Positions 10,275 through 20,617 of a DNA stretch of 64,000 nt are shown piece after piece (within the stretch, counting starts at the first letter, position 1; each line of letters opens with the position of its first letter). This DNA is from Dehalococcoidia bacterium. Its GTDB lineage: Bacteria > Chloroflexota > Dehalococcoidia > Lucifugimonadales > UBA3495. Location: assembly GCA_030740155.1 (NCBI GenBank), contig JASLXV010000067.1:70144-134143 (forward strand), in the 5' to 3' direction. Below the pieces are notes generated by a model, which saw only the letters and a program-made list of their open reading frames with translations, was not told the DNA's origin and did no database searches. The position numbers were made by a program, and so were the translations under genes.

Positions 10275-10865
10275 CTACTTGCTGTTCAGCGCCTCGGGCA
10301 TCTCTCGCAGGGCGGTCTGAACATTGCGCCGGGGCCGGACCCGCTGAGGCAGGGGGATGTTCTCGACATAGGGTACGACCGCGAGGTGCACGAACACGGG
10401 CCCCTGGGAAGCCATTACCTCGTCGATCCCGGTGGTGAGGTCCTCCAGGTTGTCGAAGGAGAAGGTGGCCGCATAGCCGGCCGCCTTGGCCATCCCCTGC
10501 CAGTCCACCGTCTCCGAGCTGGGAGTTGGCTGGCCGCCGGTGATCGCATAAATATTGTTCGCGAACAGGAAATGGTACAGGTTCTTGGGCGCCTTGTTGG
10601 ACAGGGTTACCAGGGTGCCCAGGTTCATCAGCAGGCTGCCGTCCCCGTCCAGCACCATCACCTTCCGCTCGGGACGGGCGAGAGCCAGGCCCAGGGCAAC
10701 GGAAGATGCCTTGCTCATGCAGCCCGACAGCGGGAAGTCCAGCTTTTCGTTGGAGGTCACGCTGGGCAGGCCGAGATGTGCATTGTTGGCGGTCATGGTG
10801 GAAACAATCGCGGCGTTATCGCGCTTGCTGTTAAGCACTCGAACGACATCGGCGTTCTCGATCAT
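10275..10865 (-). CDS. Sulfopyruvate/phosphonopyruvate decarboxylase beta subunit-like (ComE-like)
   Basis: LDGDGSLLMNLG...ANNIYAITGGQP TPP/Mg motif. Confidence 0.88.
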   Translation of the reverse strand: MIENADVVRVLNSKRDNAAIVSTMTANNAHLGLPSVTSNEKLDFPLSGCMSKASSVALGLALARPERKVMVLDGDGSLLMNLGTLVTLSNKAPKNLYHFLFANNIYAITGGQPTPSSETVDWQGMAKAAGYAATFSFDNLEDLTTGIDEVMASQGPVFVHLAVVPYVENIPLPQRVRPRRNVQTALREMPEALNSK

Positions 10866-10892
10866 AGTTTGTTGTCCTCTCTCCGGGTTGGT

Positions 10893-11399
10893 CTAGGCCC
10901 TGAACTCGCTGCCCATCAGCACTGCAACGGGTTTCTGGGTGCGCTCGGCTTCCTCCAGGGCGATGCTGATCCGGTCGGCGTCCTCGTCGGCCTCGACCAG
11001 GTAGTAGCTGATGCCCCAGGCGTGAAGAATGTGCTCGATAAAGCGGGCTGCCGAATCAGCGGTTAGGCCGTGGCGAGCCCAGCCGCGGTAGCCGACCAGC
11101 ATCACCAGAGGCTGGTTGATGTCCAGGCCCAGTCCTCGGATGGAGTCACCGGACTCGAAGATTCCCGTGTTCTGGATGAGGACCACGGGCTTCTTGCCGC
11201 CTACCCACAGGCCGGCTGCGATGGCCATGGTTTCCCCTTCCCGGCACACCGGAACCAGGTCTAGCGTCGTGTCGTTGATCAGCATCTCGTACATGAAGTT
11301 GGTCTCGCTATCGGGAAGCCAAACAACGTGGGTGACGTCGTTCTTCTTCAGCTCGGCGATGATTGCGGGTGGATGTAGCGCTGCCTCTGGGGTAGTCAT
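10893..11399 (-). CDS. Sulfopyruvate/phosphonopyruvate decarboxylase alpha subunit-like (ComD-like)
   Basis: LPDS, CREGE, IQNTG, GYRG. Confidence 0.85.
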   Translation of the reverse strand: MTTPEAALHPPAIIAELKKNDVTHVVWLPDSETNFMYEMLINDTTLDLVPVCREGETMAIAAGLWVGGKKPVVLIQNTGIFESGDSIRGLGLDINQPLVMLVGYRGWARHGLTADSAARFIEHILHAWGISYYLVEADEDADRISIALEEAERTQKPVAVLMGSEFRA

Positions 11400-11549
11400 A
11401 TTGGCTCCTTCCTCAGGCTGTTCATATTCAGTCAAGCCGCCATATTATATTCAGGTAGTGGTTTCGGCGTCAATACAGGCGGATTCGTCGCCGGTTGCCA
11501 CGCCCCCCAACAGCAACCGGAAATGGTCCAGGGCGCCATCCGGTTAGCC

Positions 11550-12935
11550 CTAGAACTCCGCGTTCTTTGGGGTCCTGGGGAAGGGTATCACGTCTCTGAT
11601 GTTGGTGACGCCGGTGACGAACTGGACGGTCCGCTCGAAGCCCAGGCCAAACCCGGCGTGGGGCACCGTCCCGTAGCTGCGCAGGTCCAGGTACCAGGAG
11701 TAGTCTTTCTCGGAGAGCCCGGCTTCCAGCAACCGGCGGAGCAGCACGTCTCGCCGCTCTTCCCGCTGGCTGCCGCCGATGATCTCACCGATCCGGGGGA
11801 CCAGAGTGTCCAGGGCCCGGACCGTCTTGCCATCGTCGCTCAGCCGCATGTAGAACGCCTTGATCTCCTTCGGGTAATCGGTAACGATGACCGGCCGGCC
11901 AATCTTTTTCTCGGTGAGGTAGCGCTCGTGCTCCGACTGGAGGTCCAGCCCCCATTCGACGGGAAACTCGAAGGTCTCCCCGGATCTCTGCAACAGCGCT
12001 ACCGCCTCGGTGTAGGATAGCCTCTCGAAGCTGGAGTCGACGATGCCCTCCAGGGTGGAGATGGCGGTCTTGTCGTACCACTGGTTGAAGAACGCCATAT
12101 CTTCGCCGCAGTGGTCCAACACGTATCTGAAGATGGATTTGAGGAAATCCTCGGCCAGCTCTGCCAGGCCGTCTAGGTCGCAGAACGCTACCTCCGGCTC
12201 CACCATCCAGAACTCGGCCAGGTGCCGGGAGGTGTTGGAGTTCTCGGCGCGAAACGTCGGTCCGAAGGTGTAGACGTCGCACAGGGCCAGGGCGAAGATC
12301 TCCGCCTCGAGCTGGCCGCTCACCGTCAAGAAGGCCGGTTTGCCGAAGAAGTCCTCCTGGTGGTCGATGAGCCCGTCCTTCCTGGGCAGGTTTTCCAGGT
12401 CCAGGGTGGTGACGCGGAACATGGACCCGGCGCCCTCGGCGTCGCTGGCGGTGATAATGGGGGTCTGGATGAAGTTAAAGCCCCGGTCCTGGAAGAAGCC
12501 GTGGACGGCGACGGACATGGCGTTCCTGACCCGGGCCATGGCCCCGAAGGTGTTCGTCCTGGGGCGCAGGTGAGCGATCTCCCGGAGAAACTCAGGAGTG
12601 TGCCGCTTCTTCTGCAGTGGGTAGGTTTCGGAGTCGGCCGTACCTACGAGTTCAATCTCTTTCGCATGAATCTCGTACTTCTGGCCCTTTCCCGGCGAGT
12701 CGACCAGGGCGCCCGATACGCTGACGCTGCATCCGGTGGTGAGTGATTCCACCAGCGCAGGGCTGGGGAAGTTCTCGTCGGCCACTACCTGGATGTCCGT
12801 CAGCGTGGACCCGTCGCTGATCTGAATAAAGGATACGGTCTTCGAGGAGCGCCTGGTTTTCACCCAGCCTTGGACCAGGACCTCGCCCCCCGCTTGCTCA
12901 CGTTTGAGGATGTCTTTGATTTTGCTGCGGCGCAT
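11550..12935 (-). CDS. asnS: Asparagine--tRNA ligase
   Basis: [54 protein letters not shown]. Confidence 0.98.
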   Translation of the reverse strand: MRRSKIKDILKREQAGGEVLVQGWVKTRRSSKTVSFIQISDGSTLTDIQVVADENFPSPALVESLTTGCSVSVSGALVDSPGKGQKYEIHAKEIELVGTADSETYPLQKKRHTPEFLREIAHLRPRTNTFGAMARVRNAMSVAVHGFFQDRGFNFIQTPIITASDAEGAGSMFRVTTLDLENLPRKDGLIDHQEDFFGKPAFLTVSGQLEAEIFALALCDVYTFGPTFRAENSNTSRHLAEFWMVEPEVAFCDLDGLAELAEDFLKSIFRYVLDHCGEDMAFFNQWYDKTAISTLEGIVDSSFERLSYTEAVALLQRSGETFEFPVEWGLDLQSEHERYLTEKKIGRPVIVTDYPKEIKAFYMRLSDDGKTVRALDTLVPRIGEIIGGSQREERRDVLLRRLLEAGLSEKDYSWYLDLRSYGTVPHAGFGLGFERTVQFVTGVTNIRDVIPFPRTPKNAEF

Positions 12936-13064
12936 CGGTTTCCTCCCGTTGCCTCCCATTCTAGCAGCGGAGGTAGCCCCGTCCAACCCTCGCGGGTTCA
13001 CCAGACTCAACATGAGCTGCAGCCCGAGCAATAATGCAACATGAATCGGAAATTGAGGGGGTGA

Positions 13065-13143
13065 CCCCCACTCTAATCTTCCCATTTGCAAGGGGAAGAG
13101 GGCTGTTCCTTCCCCTTACGAAGAGGGAGGCCGGGATGGGGTT
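13065..13143. repeat. CCCCTT...AAGGGG-type palindromic intergenic element
   Basis: Imperfect hairpins similar to 26528-26600, 23951-23982 and 22284-22331. Confidence 0.5.
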
Positions 13144-13264
13144 CCACGCCGGGGGTCGAAACACCTTGGGAACGGTGCTCGCTGGCCGGGAGAGGGCGCC
13201 GGCAGGCCGCCGGTGTTGCGGGACAGCTACCTCTATCGGCCCGGGGCTGGAGGTGGGGAGACGA

Positions 13265-13603
13265 CTAGCCGGTCAAGGCCGGCTGGGTCTCCACGCTGTC
13301 CCACTCATCGGCCCAGCGTTGAATGGCTTCCACCACCTTTCTCAACGCCGCGCCTTTGGCGGTCAGGGTGTACTCCACGGCCACCGGGCGCTGGGCGTAC
13401 ACCCTTCTCCTTACTATTCCCGCCTCTTCCAGCTCCTGTAGCCGCAGTGAGAGCAGGCGGTCGCTGAGCCCGCCGATGTAGCAGGATATATCGGTGAAGC
13501 GGCGGGCATCTCCCAGTAGACAGCGCAGGATCAGGCAGGTCCACTTCTTGCCAAGGATCTCCATGGCGCGGCCATAGCGAGGGCACGGGTCCCAAGGGTT
13601 CAT
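13265..13603 (-). CDS. HxlR-family winged-helix transcriptional regulator
   Basis: CP-x5-EILGKKWT, LSDRLLSLRLQELEEAG, VEYTLT.KG. Confidence 0.93.
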   Translation of the reverse strand: MNPWDPCPRYGRAMEILGKKWTCLILRCLLGDARRFTDISCYIGGLSDRLLSLRLQELEEAGIVRRRVYAQRPVAVEYTLTAKGAALRKVVEAIQRWADEWDSVETQPALTG

Positions 13604-13639
13604 CGAAGTCCCCTCCGTGGTCGGCTCGTTTGGAATATT

Positions 13640-13695
13640 CTAACTAGAAATTAGTAGCTTGACAACCTATAGCGGTAGTGCTAATCTTTAGTAAG
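13640..13695. promoter_or_regulatory. Two CTAAY-N5-RTWAG palindromes flanking a TTGACA hexamer (candidate HxlR operators)
   Basis: CTAACTAGAAATTAG 13640-13654; TTGACA 13659-13664; CTAATCTTTAGTAAG 13681-13695. Confidence 0.55.
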
Positions 13696-13858
13696 TTAAT
13701 TGACAAATATTGGCGGCAAGCATTTAGGAAGCCTGGCGCTCAAGCAAGGGACCCGGAAACGGAATATTTTCTACCACCGAGTTCAATGTACCGGATAGTC
13801 CGGCAACGGGTGCGAGCCCTCTGCCTCTCAGACGGAGTCTCAGGTCTAATTGAATTCG

Positions 13859-14146
13859 ATGGCAAATTTGGCGGGAGTAAACAGGATTATGGCGACACGA
13901 GCAATACAAAGAACAGCACCGGCAGCTGGGAATATAGAGCGCTCAAGAATCGAAACGCTGCGGACGGCCGGAGCGTCGGAAACTCGCGACCCAGGCCGCA
14001 TTGGCAACTTGGGGCACCGGATCTGGGCGATGTCTTTTCAGTTGGGTCTCACCGGGCCTTCGCGCCCGGCATACCAAGATTCCACGGCGCTTTCCGTGAG
14101 AGACAAAGCGCTCATGGATTCTCTGAGAAAGGGATACACTCTCTAG
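13859..14146 (+). CDS. Hypothetical small protein
   Basis: Plausible ORF downstream of the divergent promoter; no recognisable motif. Confidence 0.4.
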   Translation: MANLAGVNRIMATRAIQRTAPAAGNIERSRIETLRTAGASETRDPGRIGNLGHRIWAMSFQLGLTGPSRPAYQDSTALSVRDKALMDSLRKGYTL

Positions 14147-14176
14147 TCCGCCACTTCTGAGGGCGTTACCGGAAGT

Positions 14177-15676
14177 CTAAAGCTTCGGGGTGGCCTGGTG
14201 CCACTCCGAGGCCTGCTCGTAGGCGTGAGCCACCCGCAGCAGGGTTTCCTCTGACAGGTGCGGCCCGATGAGTTGCATCCCCACCGGGAGTCCCTCGTCG
14301 AAGCCGCACGGCACGGATATTGCGGGCAGGCCGGCGATGTTGGCCGGCATAGTACACACGTCGATCAGGTACATCTGAACCGGGTCGTCGGTCCGTTCCC
14401 CCAGTTGAAAAGCCACCACGGGCGACGTGGGAGTTACCAACGCGTCTACCTGTTGGAAGACCCGTTGGAAGTCCTGCCGGATCAGCGTCCGTACCTGTTG
14501 GGCCTTCAAATAATAGGCGTCGTAGTAACCGGCGGAGAGGGCGTAGGTGCCCAGCATGATCCGGCGCCGGACTTCGGGGCCGAAGCCGTGCTGGCGGGTC
14601 CCCTCCATGTCCGCCCACATGCTCTCCCCGCCCCGGTACGCGTAACCGTACTTGACCCCGTCGTAGCGGGCCAAGTTGGCCGAGCACTCGGATGGGGCGA
14701 TGATGTAGTAGCAGGCCAGGGCGTATTTTGTGGTGGGCAGAGAAACCGGCTCGACGGTTGCCCCCAAACCCTCCAGGGTTTTGATGGCGTTCTGCACCGC
14801 TTTTCGAGTCCCCTCTTCCATCCCATCAACGAAGTACTCTTCCGGGACCCCCAGGCGTAGCTTCCCCTTTTGCCCTTCCCGGGGGAGGGAGGATGAAGGC
14901 AGATCTCCGGTCAGCCTGGCGGCGTAATCCTTCGTCGCCACGGGTAGCGAGGTGGAGTCTCTGGAGTCGTGGCCCACGATGGCGTTCAACACCAAGGCGC
15001 AGTCGGTAACGTCCCGGGTCAGAGGCCCGATCTGGTCTAGCGATGAAGCGAAGGCGATCAGCCCATAGCGGCTGACCAGTCCGTAGGTGGGCTTCAACCC
15101 GACCACCCCGCAGAGGGATGCGGGCTGGCGGACGCTCCCGCCGGTGTCCGAGCCGAGGGCCAAGATTGACTCCCCCGCCGCCACCGCCGCCGCGCCGCCG
15201 CCGCTGCTGCCCCCGGGCACCCGGCCCAGGTCCCACGGGTTGTGGGTGGCGAAGAAGGCCGAGTTCTCTGTCGAAGACCCCATGGCAAACTCGTCCATGT
15301 TGCCCTTGCCCAGCAACACGGCGCCCTGGCCGAACAGCCTGCTAACCGCGGTGGCGTTGTAGACCGGAACGTAGTTCTGAAGCATTCGGGACGCGCAGGT
15401 GGTCCGGACCCCTTTGGTGCACATCACGTCTTTGATTTGCACCGGTATCCCGGTCAGCGGGCCGGATTCGCCGGCCGCAATGCGCCGGTCGGCCTCCTCG
15501 GCCTGTTGCAGCGCCACCTCCGGCGTGACCGTAACGAAGGCCTTGACCCGGTCTTCCACATTTTCAATCCGGTCCAGGCAGGCGCGGGTCAACTCCACGG
15601 AGCTGATCTCTTTTCGGTCCAGCCGCAGGCGGGCCTCGTGAGCGCTAAGGTACTCCCAATCGGCCAACGGTCTCAC
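14177..15676 (-). CDS. gatA: Asp/Glu-tRNA amidotransferase subunit A
   Basis: [44 protein letters not shown]. Confidence 0.98.
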   Translation of the reverse strand: MRPLADWEYLSAHEARLRLDRKEISSVELTRACLDRIENVEDRVKAFVTVTPEVALQQAEEADRRIAAGESGPLTGIPVQIKDVMCTKGVRTTCASRMLQNYVPVYNATAVSRLFGQGAVLLGKGNMDEFAMGSSTENSAFFATHNPWDLGRVPGGSSGGGAAAVAAGESILALGSDTGGSVRQPASLCGVVGLKPTYGLVSRYGLIAFASSLDQIGPLTRDVTDCALVLNAIVGHDSRDSTSLPVATKDYAARLTGDLPSSSLPREGQKGKLRLGVPEEYFVDGMEEGTRKAVQNAIKTLEGLGATVEPVSLPTTKYALACYYIIAPSECSANLARYDGVKYGYAYRGGESMWADMEGTRQHGFGPEVRRRIMLGTYALSAGYYDAYYLKAQQVRTLIRQDFQRVFQQVDALVTPTSPVVAFQLGERTDDPVQMYLIDVCTMPANIAGLPAISVPCGFDEGLPVGMQLIGPHLSEETLLRVAHAYEQASEWHQATPKL

Positions 15677-15963
15677 TCCTCCAGCACCGCTTTTACCCGG
15701 AAAAACTCCCCTTCCCGCTGGGGCGCGTTGCTCAGTACCTCTTCCGGGTCCAGGGAGTCGCCGGGGATGTCGTCCCGCATCACCGCCCGGAGCTGAACCG
15801 CGTGGCCGGTGGGGTCTACGCCGGCGGTGTCCAGGTCGCGGAGCACTTCAAACTGCTCCAGTATGTGGGAGAGCTGCTCCCGAAACGTCTCGACCTCGGC
15901 TTCGGTGAGCCCGATTCGGGCCAGGATGGCGATGTGCTCCACATCAGAGCGGTCTAGGGCCAC
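15673..15963 (-). CDS. gatC: Asp/Glu-tRNA amidotransferase subunit C
   Basis: [12 protein letters not shown]...MRDD...LSNAP...[21 protein letters not shown] overlap with gatA. Confidence 0.95.
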   Translation of the reverse strand: MALDRSDVEHIAILARIGLTEAEVETFREQLSHILEQFEVLRDLDTAGVDPTGHAVQLRAVMRDDIPGDSLDPEEVLSNAPQREGEFFRVKAVLEE

Positions 15964-16027
15964 GGCAAGGCCTCCAATACTCTTCCCGGCCGGACTTTTG
16001 CACTCAGTCAACCCGATCCTTGCGTCA

Positions 16028-16124
16028 TGTCACTCTGAGCAGCCGAGCGACGAAGGGTCTCAGCGCGGCGACGAGATTCTTCGCGGAGTTGATCCTGAGT
16101 GAAGCCGAAGGGCTCAGAATGACA
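16028..16124. repeat. TGTCA...TGACA MITE-like element
   Basis: Terminal IR TGTCACTCTGAGC / GCTCAGAATGACA; inverted near-copy at 28264-28359. Confidence 0.85.
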
Positions 16125-16432
16125 ATCAATGGTATTTAGCTGACCAGGTACTGGTTCTTCCCGGGAAGGGGGTCCCTCGCTCCGCCTTCGGCGGATGGGC
16201 GTCCTGAGCCCTTTGCCGCCCGGGTTCAGGGTGCGCTCGCCAGTATAGCTTCGCGCGGCCGGGAATGCCACCCCTCGGCCGTTGCCAGCAGCGTCCGAGC
16301 GCGTCGAGGCGGGCTGGAGGTCTGCTGGCTCGTGAATTGCGAATGCTGTATTATGAGGCTCTGAATAAGTGCGGCCGGCGGAACCCGGCCGTTGAATAAC
16401 GATACCGGGTAAACGATAATCCTCGATTCAGG

Positions 16433-17773
16433 GTGAATCCTCTGCTCAAAGCTGCGCTCGAATGGCGGCTCAAGACGCCCTTCTTCTATGGGTGGTTGAT
16501 CCTGGGCATCTGCTTCCTGGCTACCTTCGCCGCCACCGGGGTATCGCAGGTGGTGCTGGGCGGGATCCAGATCTTCGTCACCGAGGACACGGGCTGGAAA
16601 AAGAGCACCATATCATTGGCGGTGACCGCCGGCACCTGGAGTTCCGGGCTGCTGTCACCGTTAATCGGGCGGCTCGCTGACCGCCACGGCCCCCGCTGGC
16701 TGATGCCGGTGGGGATCATCGTTGCCGCGGTGGCTTTTTTCTCCCTGGCCGGCGTCGACGCCCTGTGGCAATTCTTCGCGGCCTACATTTTGGGACGCGC
16801 CGTTAGCAACCCGGTGCTCATCGGCCTGGTGCCCCGCACGGTGGCCGTCAACTTTTTCCGCCGCCGGCGCAACATAGTCCTGGCCCTGGTCACCTCTTAC
16901 CGGCCTATCACCGGCGCGTTCAACATCCAGATATTCTCGTTTATCGCCATTCGGTACGGTTGGCGGGCCGCCTATCGCTACATGGGGATCCTCTCCCTAG
17001 TGCTGGTGACTCCCATTGTCCTGTTCATGCGGCGGCGGCCCGAAGATATTGGACTGCTCCCCGATGGAGACAAGCCGAACGAGTCTACGCGGGCCGGGCC
17101 GGGGGCCCTGCGCCGGGCCGGGGGCGGGCGTCGTAGCCCTGCCGGCGAGGCCGAATTCAGCTGGACTGCTCCCGAAGCATTGCGCAGCAAGGCATTCTGG
17201 ATGGTTGTCATGACCGCGGTCACCGGCACCCTGGCTTCCGGTTCGGTGGGGTTCAGCCTGGTCCCCTATCTTTACGAAGACGCGGGGCTTTCCAAGGGAA
17301 TGGCTGCCGGAGTCCTTAGCATTGGAACCTTCCTGGCCATTGGGAACCTGGGTTGGGGTTACCTGGCCGACATCTACACTCCCCGCCGTTGCCTGATGGT
17401 GACGATGACCGGCGCCGGAGTTTCCGTTCTCTATCTGATTACAGTAGGTTCGTTGCCCATGGCCCTGGTCTTTGCCCTGGCTTTCGGGATTTCTTCGGGA
17501 CCGGCCACGCCATTGGAGAACATGATGCTGGCCCAATACTTCGGCCGGAACTCCTACGGCACTATCTCGGGCATCTATACTCCCTTCCAGACCATAATGC
17601 TGGGTCTTGGGCCTTCCTTCGCCTCGGTGCTCCGAGAGATAACGGGTGGCTACGAGACCCTGTACGTGATCGCAGCCGTCCTCTATTTCCTCTCCGCGAT
17701 TTTCGTTATCCTAGCCAGGCCGCCGGCCTTGCCGGCCCGGGCGCTCGCCGAATCGACCGTCCAAGCAGAGTGA
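16433..17773 (+). CDS. MFS transporter (OFA/MCT-like)
   Basis: FFYGW start, GRLADRHGPR motif A, about 12 TM. Confidence 0.92.
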   Translation: MNPLLKAALEWRLKTPFFYGWLILGICFLATFAATGVSQVVLGGIQIFVTEDTGWKKSTISLAVTAGTWSSGLLSPLIGRLADRHGPRWLMPVGIIVAAVAFFSLAGVDALWQFFAAYILGRAVSNPVLIGLVPRTVAVNFFRRRRNIVLALVTSYRPITGAFNIQIFSFIAIRYGWRAAYRYMGILSLVLVTPIVLFMRRRPEDIGLLPDGDKPNESTRAGPGALRRAGGGRRSPAGEAEFSWTAPEALRSKAFWMVVMTAVTGTLASGSVGFSLVPYLYEDAGLSKGMAAGVLSIGTFLAIGNLGWGYLADIYTPRRCLMVTMTGAGVSVLYLITVGSLPMALVFALAFGISSGPATPLENMMLAQYFGRNSYGTISGIYTPFQTIMLGLGPSFASVLREITGGYETLYVIAAVLYFLSAIFVILARPPALPARALAESTVQAE

Positions 17774-17801
17774 ACTTCGAAGTTCCCCCGAGGCAGTACG
17801 G

Positions 17802-18650
17802 TCAGCTCATTTCGGTGCCGCCGGAGACGCTGATGGACAACCCGGTGAGGTAGTCCGCCTCGCTGGAAGCCAGAAAGGCCGCCATCTTGGCGATGTCGCC
17901 TCCGACGGCTACCCTGCCCATGGGCGTGGTCCCCGCCCGCTCCGCGACCATGCTGACCCGGTACTCTTCGGCCGACTCGCCCTCGGGCGCCAGGGCGGCC
18001 GCGATGCCGTCGGCCCGCTCGGTATCCACCAGGCCCGGGCAAATGGCGTTCACGTTGATGCGATGGGAACCCAGTTCATGGGCCAGCGATTGGGTGAAGC
18101 CGATGAGGGCGAACTTGGAGGCGCAGTAGGCGGCGAAGCGGGCCCGTCCCCGTTTGCCCGCACCGGAAGAGATAACGATGATCTTGCCGCCGCCACCCCG
18201 CTGGATCATGTGACGGGCCACCGCCTTGCAGCACAGGTAGGTGCCCCGGACGTTAACCCGCATCACCTCGTCGAAGGCGTCGTCCTCCAGGTCGACCACC
18301 AATACCCGGTCCCGGTGCGGAGGCGCCCCCGCGTTGTTCACCAGAATATCGATGTGGCCGAACCGGTCCAGGGTGCGGCTGACCATGTCGGCCACCTGGG
18401 CCGAGTCGGAGACATCGGAAACCAGCCCCAGAGCTTGGCGTCCCAAGGCCTCGATCTCCCCCTCGAGGGTGGGCAAGCCCTCCCACCCGGCCTGGCGGTC
18501 TTCAGCCCGGATTGAGTCTGGTCCTCGCTGAATGTCGGTCACCACCACGTCGGCCCCTTCCCGGGCCAGCCGGAGGGCGATGGCCCGGCCGATTCCGTGC
18601 CGTCCCCCGGCGCCGGTTACAATCGCTACCTTGCCGCTCAGATCGTACAT
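17802..18650 (-). CDS. SDR family oxidoreductase
   Basis: TGAGGRHGIG, NNAG, YCASK. Confidence 0.93.
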   Translation of the reverse strand: MYDLSGKVAIVTGAGGRHGIGRAIALRLAREGADVVVTDIQRGPDSIRAEDRQAGWEGLPTLEGEIEALGRQALGLVSDVSDSAQVADMVSRTLDRFGHIDILVNNAGAPPHRDRVLVVDLEDDAFDEVMRVNVRGTYLCCKAVARHMIQRGGGGKIIVISSGAGKRGRARFAAYCASKFALIGFTQSLAHELGSHRINVNAICPGLVDTERADGIAAALAPEGESAEEYRVSMVAERAGTTPMGRVAVGGDIAKMAAFLASSEADYLTGLSISVSGGTEMS

Positions 18651-18823
18651 ATTTTCTCTCACCCCTTTGCGCTGGCGTTTCGTGCATCACGTTCGCTCTC
18701 CCCGGCCTTTGGACAACATTGGCCTCCCGGGTCCGTCACGCCACGATGCCATCTCCCACGACGCCGTTTCAATAAGTAGGTTCCCATCATCCAGCGCCAT
18801 GCCGGCCGGCGCCGGACCGGGGC

Positions 18824-19702
18824 CTAGCCTGACGCCTGCCCCGCTGCTTCTTCGCTGGGCGTGAGGGAAGGGCGCCTCCGCCAGACCAAGCCCATGCTGG
18901 GGGAGAACAGCAGGGTCAGCAAGAACAACCCGGTGGCCACCACGACGATGCTGGGCCCGGAGGGAAGGTCTAAATGGAAAGACAGGTACAGGCCGAGGAT
19001 GGTGGCCAGGATGCCGGCGGCGACGCTCAAGGCGATGATGCCGGGGAGCCGCCGGGCCAGCAGCATGGCGGTGGCCGGAGGCGTGACCAGGAGGGCCAGG
19101 ACCAGGATGATGCCCACCGCCTTGAGGGAGGCCACCGTGGTGACGCCCACCAGGACCGGCAGCAGGTATTGCACGAAGCGCACCGGCACCCCCGAGGCCG
19201 CCGACATGGTGGCGTCGTAAGAGGTGAACAGCAGCTCTTTGTAGAAGGCCAGCACCAGGAGCAGGACACCGCCGGTGATGCCGCCGATCAGGGCCACCTC
19301 GTTCCAAGAAACCCCCAAGACGTTGCCGAAGAGCAGGCCGAACAGGTCGGCCGTGTAATTGTTGACCCGGCTCATCAGGATGATTCCCACGGCGAACCCG
19401 CCGGCGAAGATAATCCCAATGGAAGCGTCGAGGCGCAGGTTGGTCCGCCGGCTGATCCCGGTCATGGCCAGCGAAGCCGGCACGGCCCAGGCCAGCGCGC
19501 CCCAAAAGACGTTTCCGCCGAACAGATAGGCCACCGACATGCCGGCCAGAGACGAGTGGGCCACCGCGTCACCCATGAAGGTCATCCCCTTCAGCACCAC
19601 GAAGGTGCCCACCACGGCACATACCACCGCGGCGAACCCGGCGGCCAAAAAGGCGCGCTGCATGAACGCGAACTCCAGGGGATCAGTCAACCCATCGATC
19701 AT
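18824..19702 (-). CDS. Zn/Mn ABC transporter permease (ZnuB/MntB-like)
   Basis: GDAVAHSSLAG, LFGNVLG, ABC-3 family pattern. Confidence 0.93.
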   Translation of the reverse strand: MIDGLTDPLEFAFMQRAFLAAGFAAVVCAVVGTFVVLKGMTFMGDAVAHSSLAGMSVAYLFGGNVFWGALAWAVPASLAMTGISRRTNLRLDASIGIIFAGGFAVGIILMSRVNNYTADLFGLLFGNVLGVSWNEVALIGGITGGVLLLVLAFYKELLFTSYDATMSAASGVPVRFVQYLLPVLVGVTTVASLKAVGIILVLALLVTPPATAMLLARRLPGIIALSVAAGILATILGLYLSFHLDLPSGPSIVVVATGLFLLTLLFSPSMGLVWRRRPSLTPSEEAAGQASG

Positions 19703-19720
19703 CGCTTGCTATTCCCAAAT

Positions 19721-20593
19721 CTATTCCTCGTGCTGGTGGTGGTCGTAGGCGTAGGCCTTGCCGTCCATGTGGACCAGTAAGAGGTGGGTGCCAAAGGTCT
19801 CGCTCAGCACCTTTTCGTTCAGAATGTCCGCCGGGGCGCCAAAGGCAATCAGCCTTTGGTTGAGGCAGACCGCCTTGGCGCACCGGCTCGACACGCAGGA
19901 AAGGTCGTGGGTGCTAAAGACGACGGTCGTCCCTTCGCCGCGCAACTCGTCGACTATGTCCAGGAACCGGTGTTGCGCGGTGGCGTCCAAGCCCGCCACC
20001 GGCTCGTCCAGCAGCAGCAGGGCCGGGGCGTTTGCCAGCGCCCGGGCCAGGAGCACCCGCCGGCGCTGCCCGCCGGAAAGCTCCCCGATTAGCCGCTGCC
20101 GCAAATCGTGCATTCCCACCTTTTCCAGGGCCCTTTCGGCCGCGTCCCGGTCTTCACCCGTGGTGCGGCGCAAGAGGCCCCGGCGGCCGTACCGGCCCAT
20201 CAGCGCTACATCGCCCACGGTCACCGGAAAGTCCCAGTCCACCAACTCCACCTGGGGCATGTACCCCATCCGGCGCCGTTGGACGATGGACGACTGGCCC
20301 AGCACCAGCACCTGGCCGCGCCAGGGCTTGACCAGGCCGAGGACCGCTTTCAGCAGCGTGGACTTTCCGGAACCGTTGGGTCCGATTATTCCCACGGCGT
20401 CGCCCTGGGCAACTTCGAAAGAGATATCCTCCAGGGCCGGGTGATGGTTATATCCGGCCCAGAGCCCCCGGATCTCCAGGGCCATGGCGGATTCCACTGG
20501 CCGTTCCGAACAGGCGGTCACGGCCGCGCTACGCTCGCCGCCCGGCACCGTGGCCGGGCTCTGATCTCTTGTTTGGCTCATTGGATGGCCCAT
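19721..20593 (-). CDS. Zn/Mn ABC transporter ATPase with His-rich tail
   Basis: GPNGSGKS, LSGGQ, LLLDEP; C-terminal DHHQHEE. Confidence 0.93.
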   Translation of the reverse strand: MGHPMSQTRDQSPATVPGGERSAAVTACSERPVESAMALEIRGLWAGYNHHPALEDISFEVAQGDAVGIIGPNGSGKSTLLKAVLGLVKPWRGQVLVLGQSSIVQRRRMGYMPQVELVDWDFPVTVGDVALMGRYGRRGLLRRTTGEDRDAAERALEKVGMHDLRQRLIGELSGGQRRRVLLARALANAPALLLLDEPVAGLDATAQHRFLDIVDELRGEGTTVVFSTHDLSCVSSRCAKAVCLNQRLIAFGAPADILNEKVLSETFGTHLLLVHMDGKAYAYDHHQHEE

Positions 20594-20617
20594 CTCCTGT
20601 ACCGGCGGGTGCCGCCC

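Noticed and set aside
11550..15963. asnS beside gatCA, with gatB absent
   Set aside because: GatCAB is still needed for Gln-tRNA in many bacteria and gatB is often unlinked; unremarkable.
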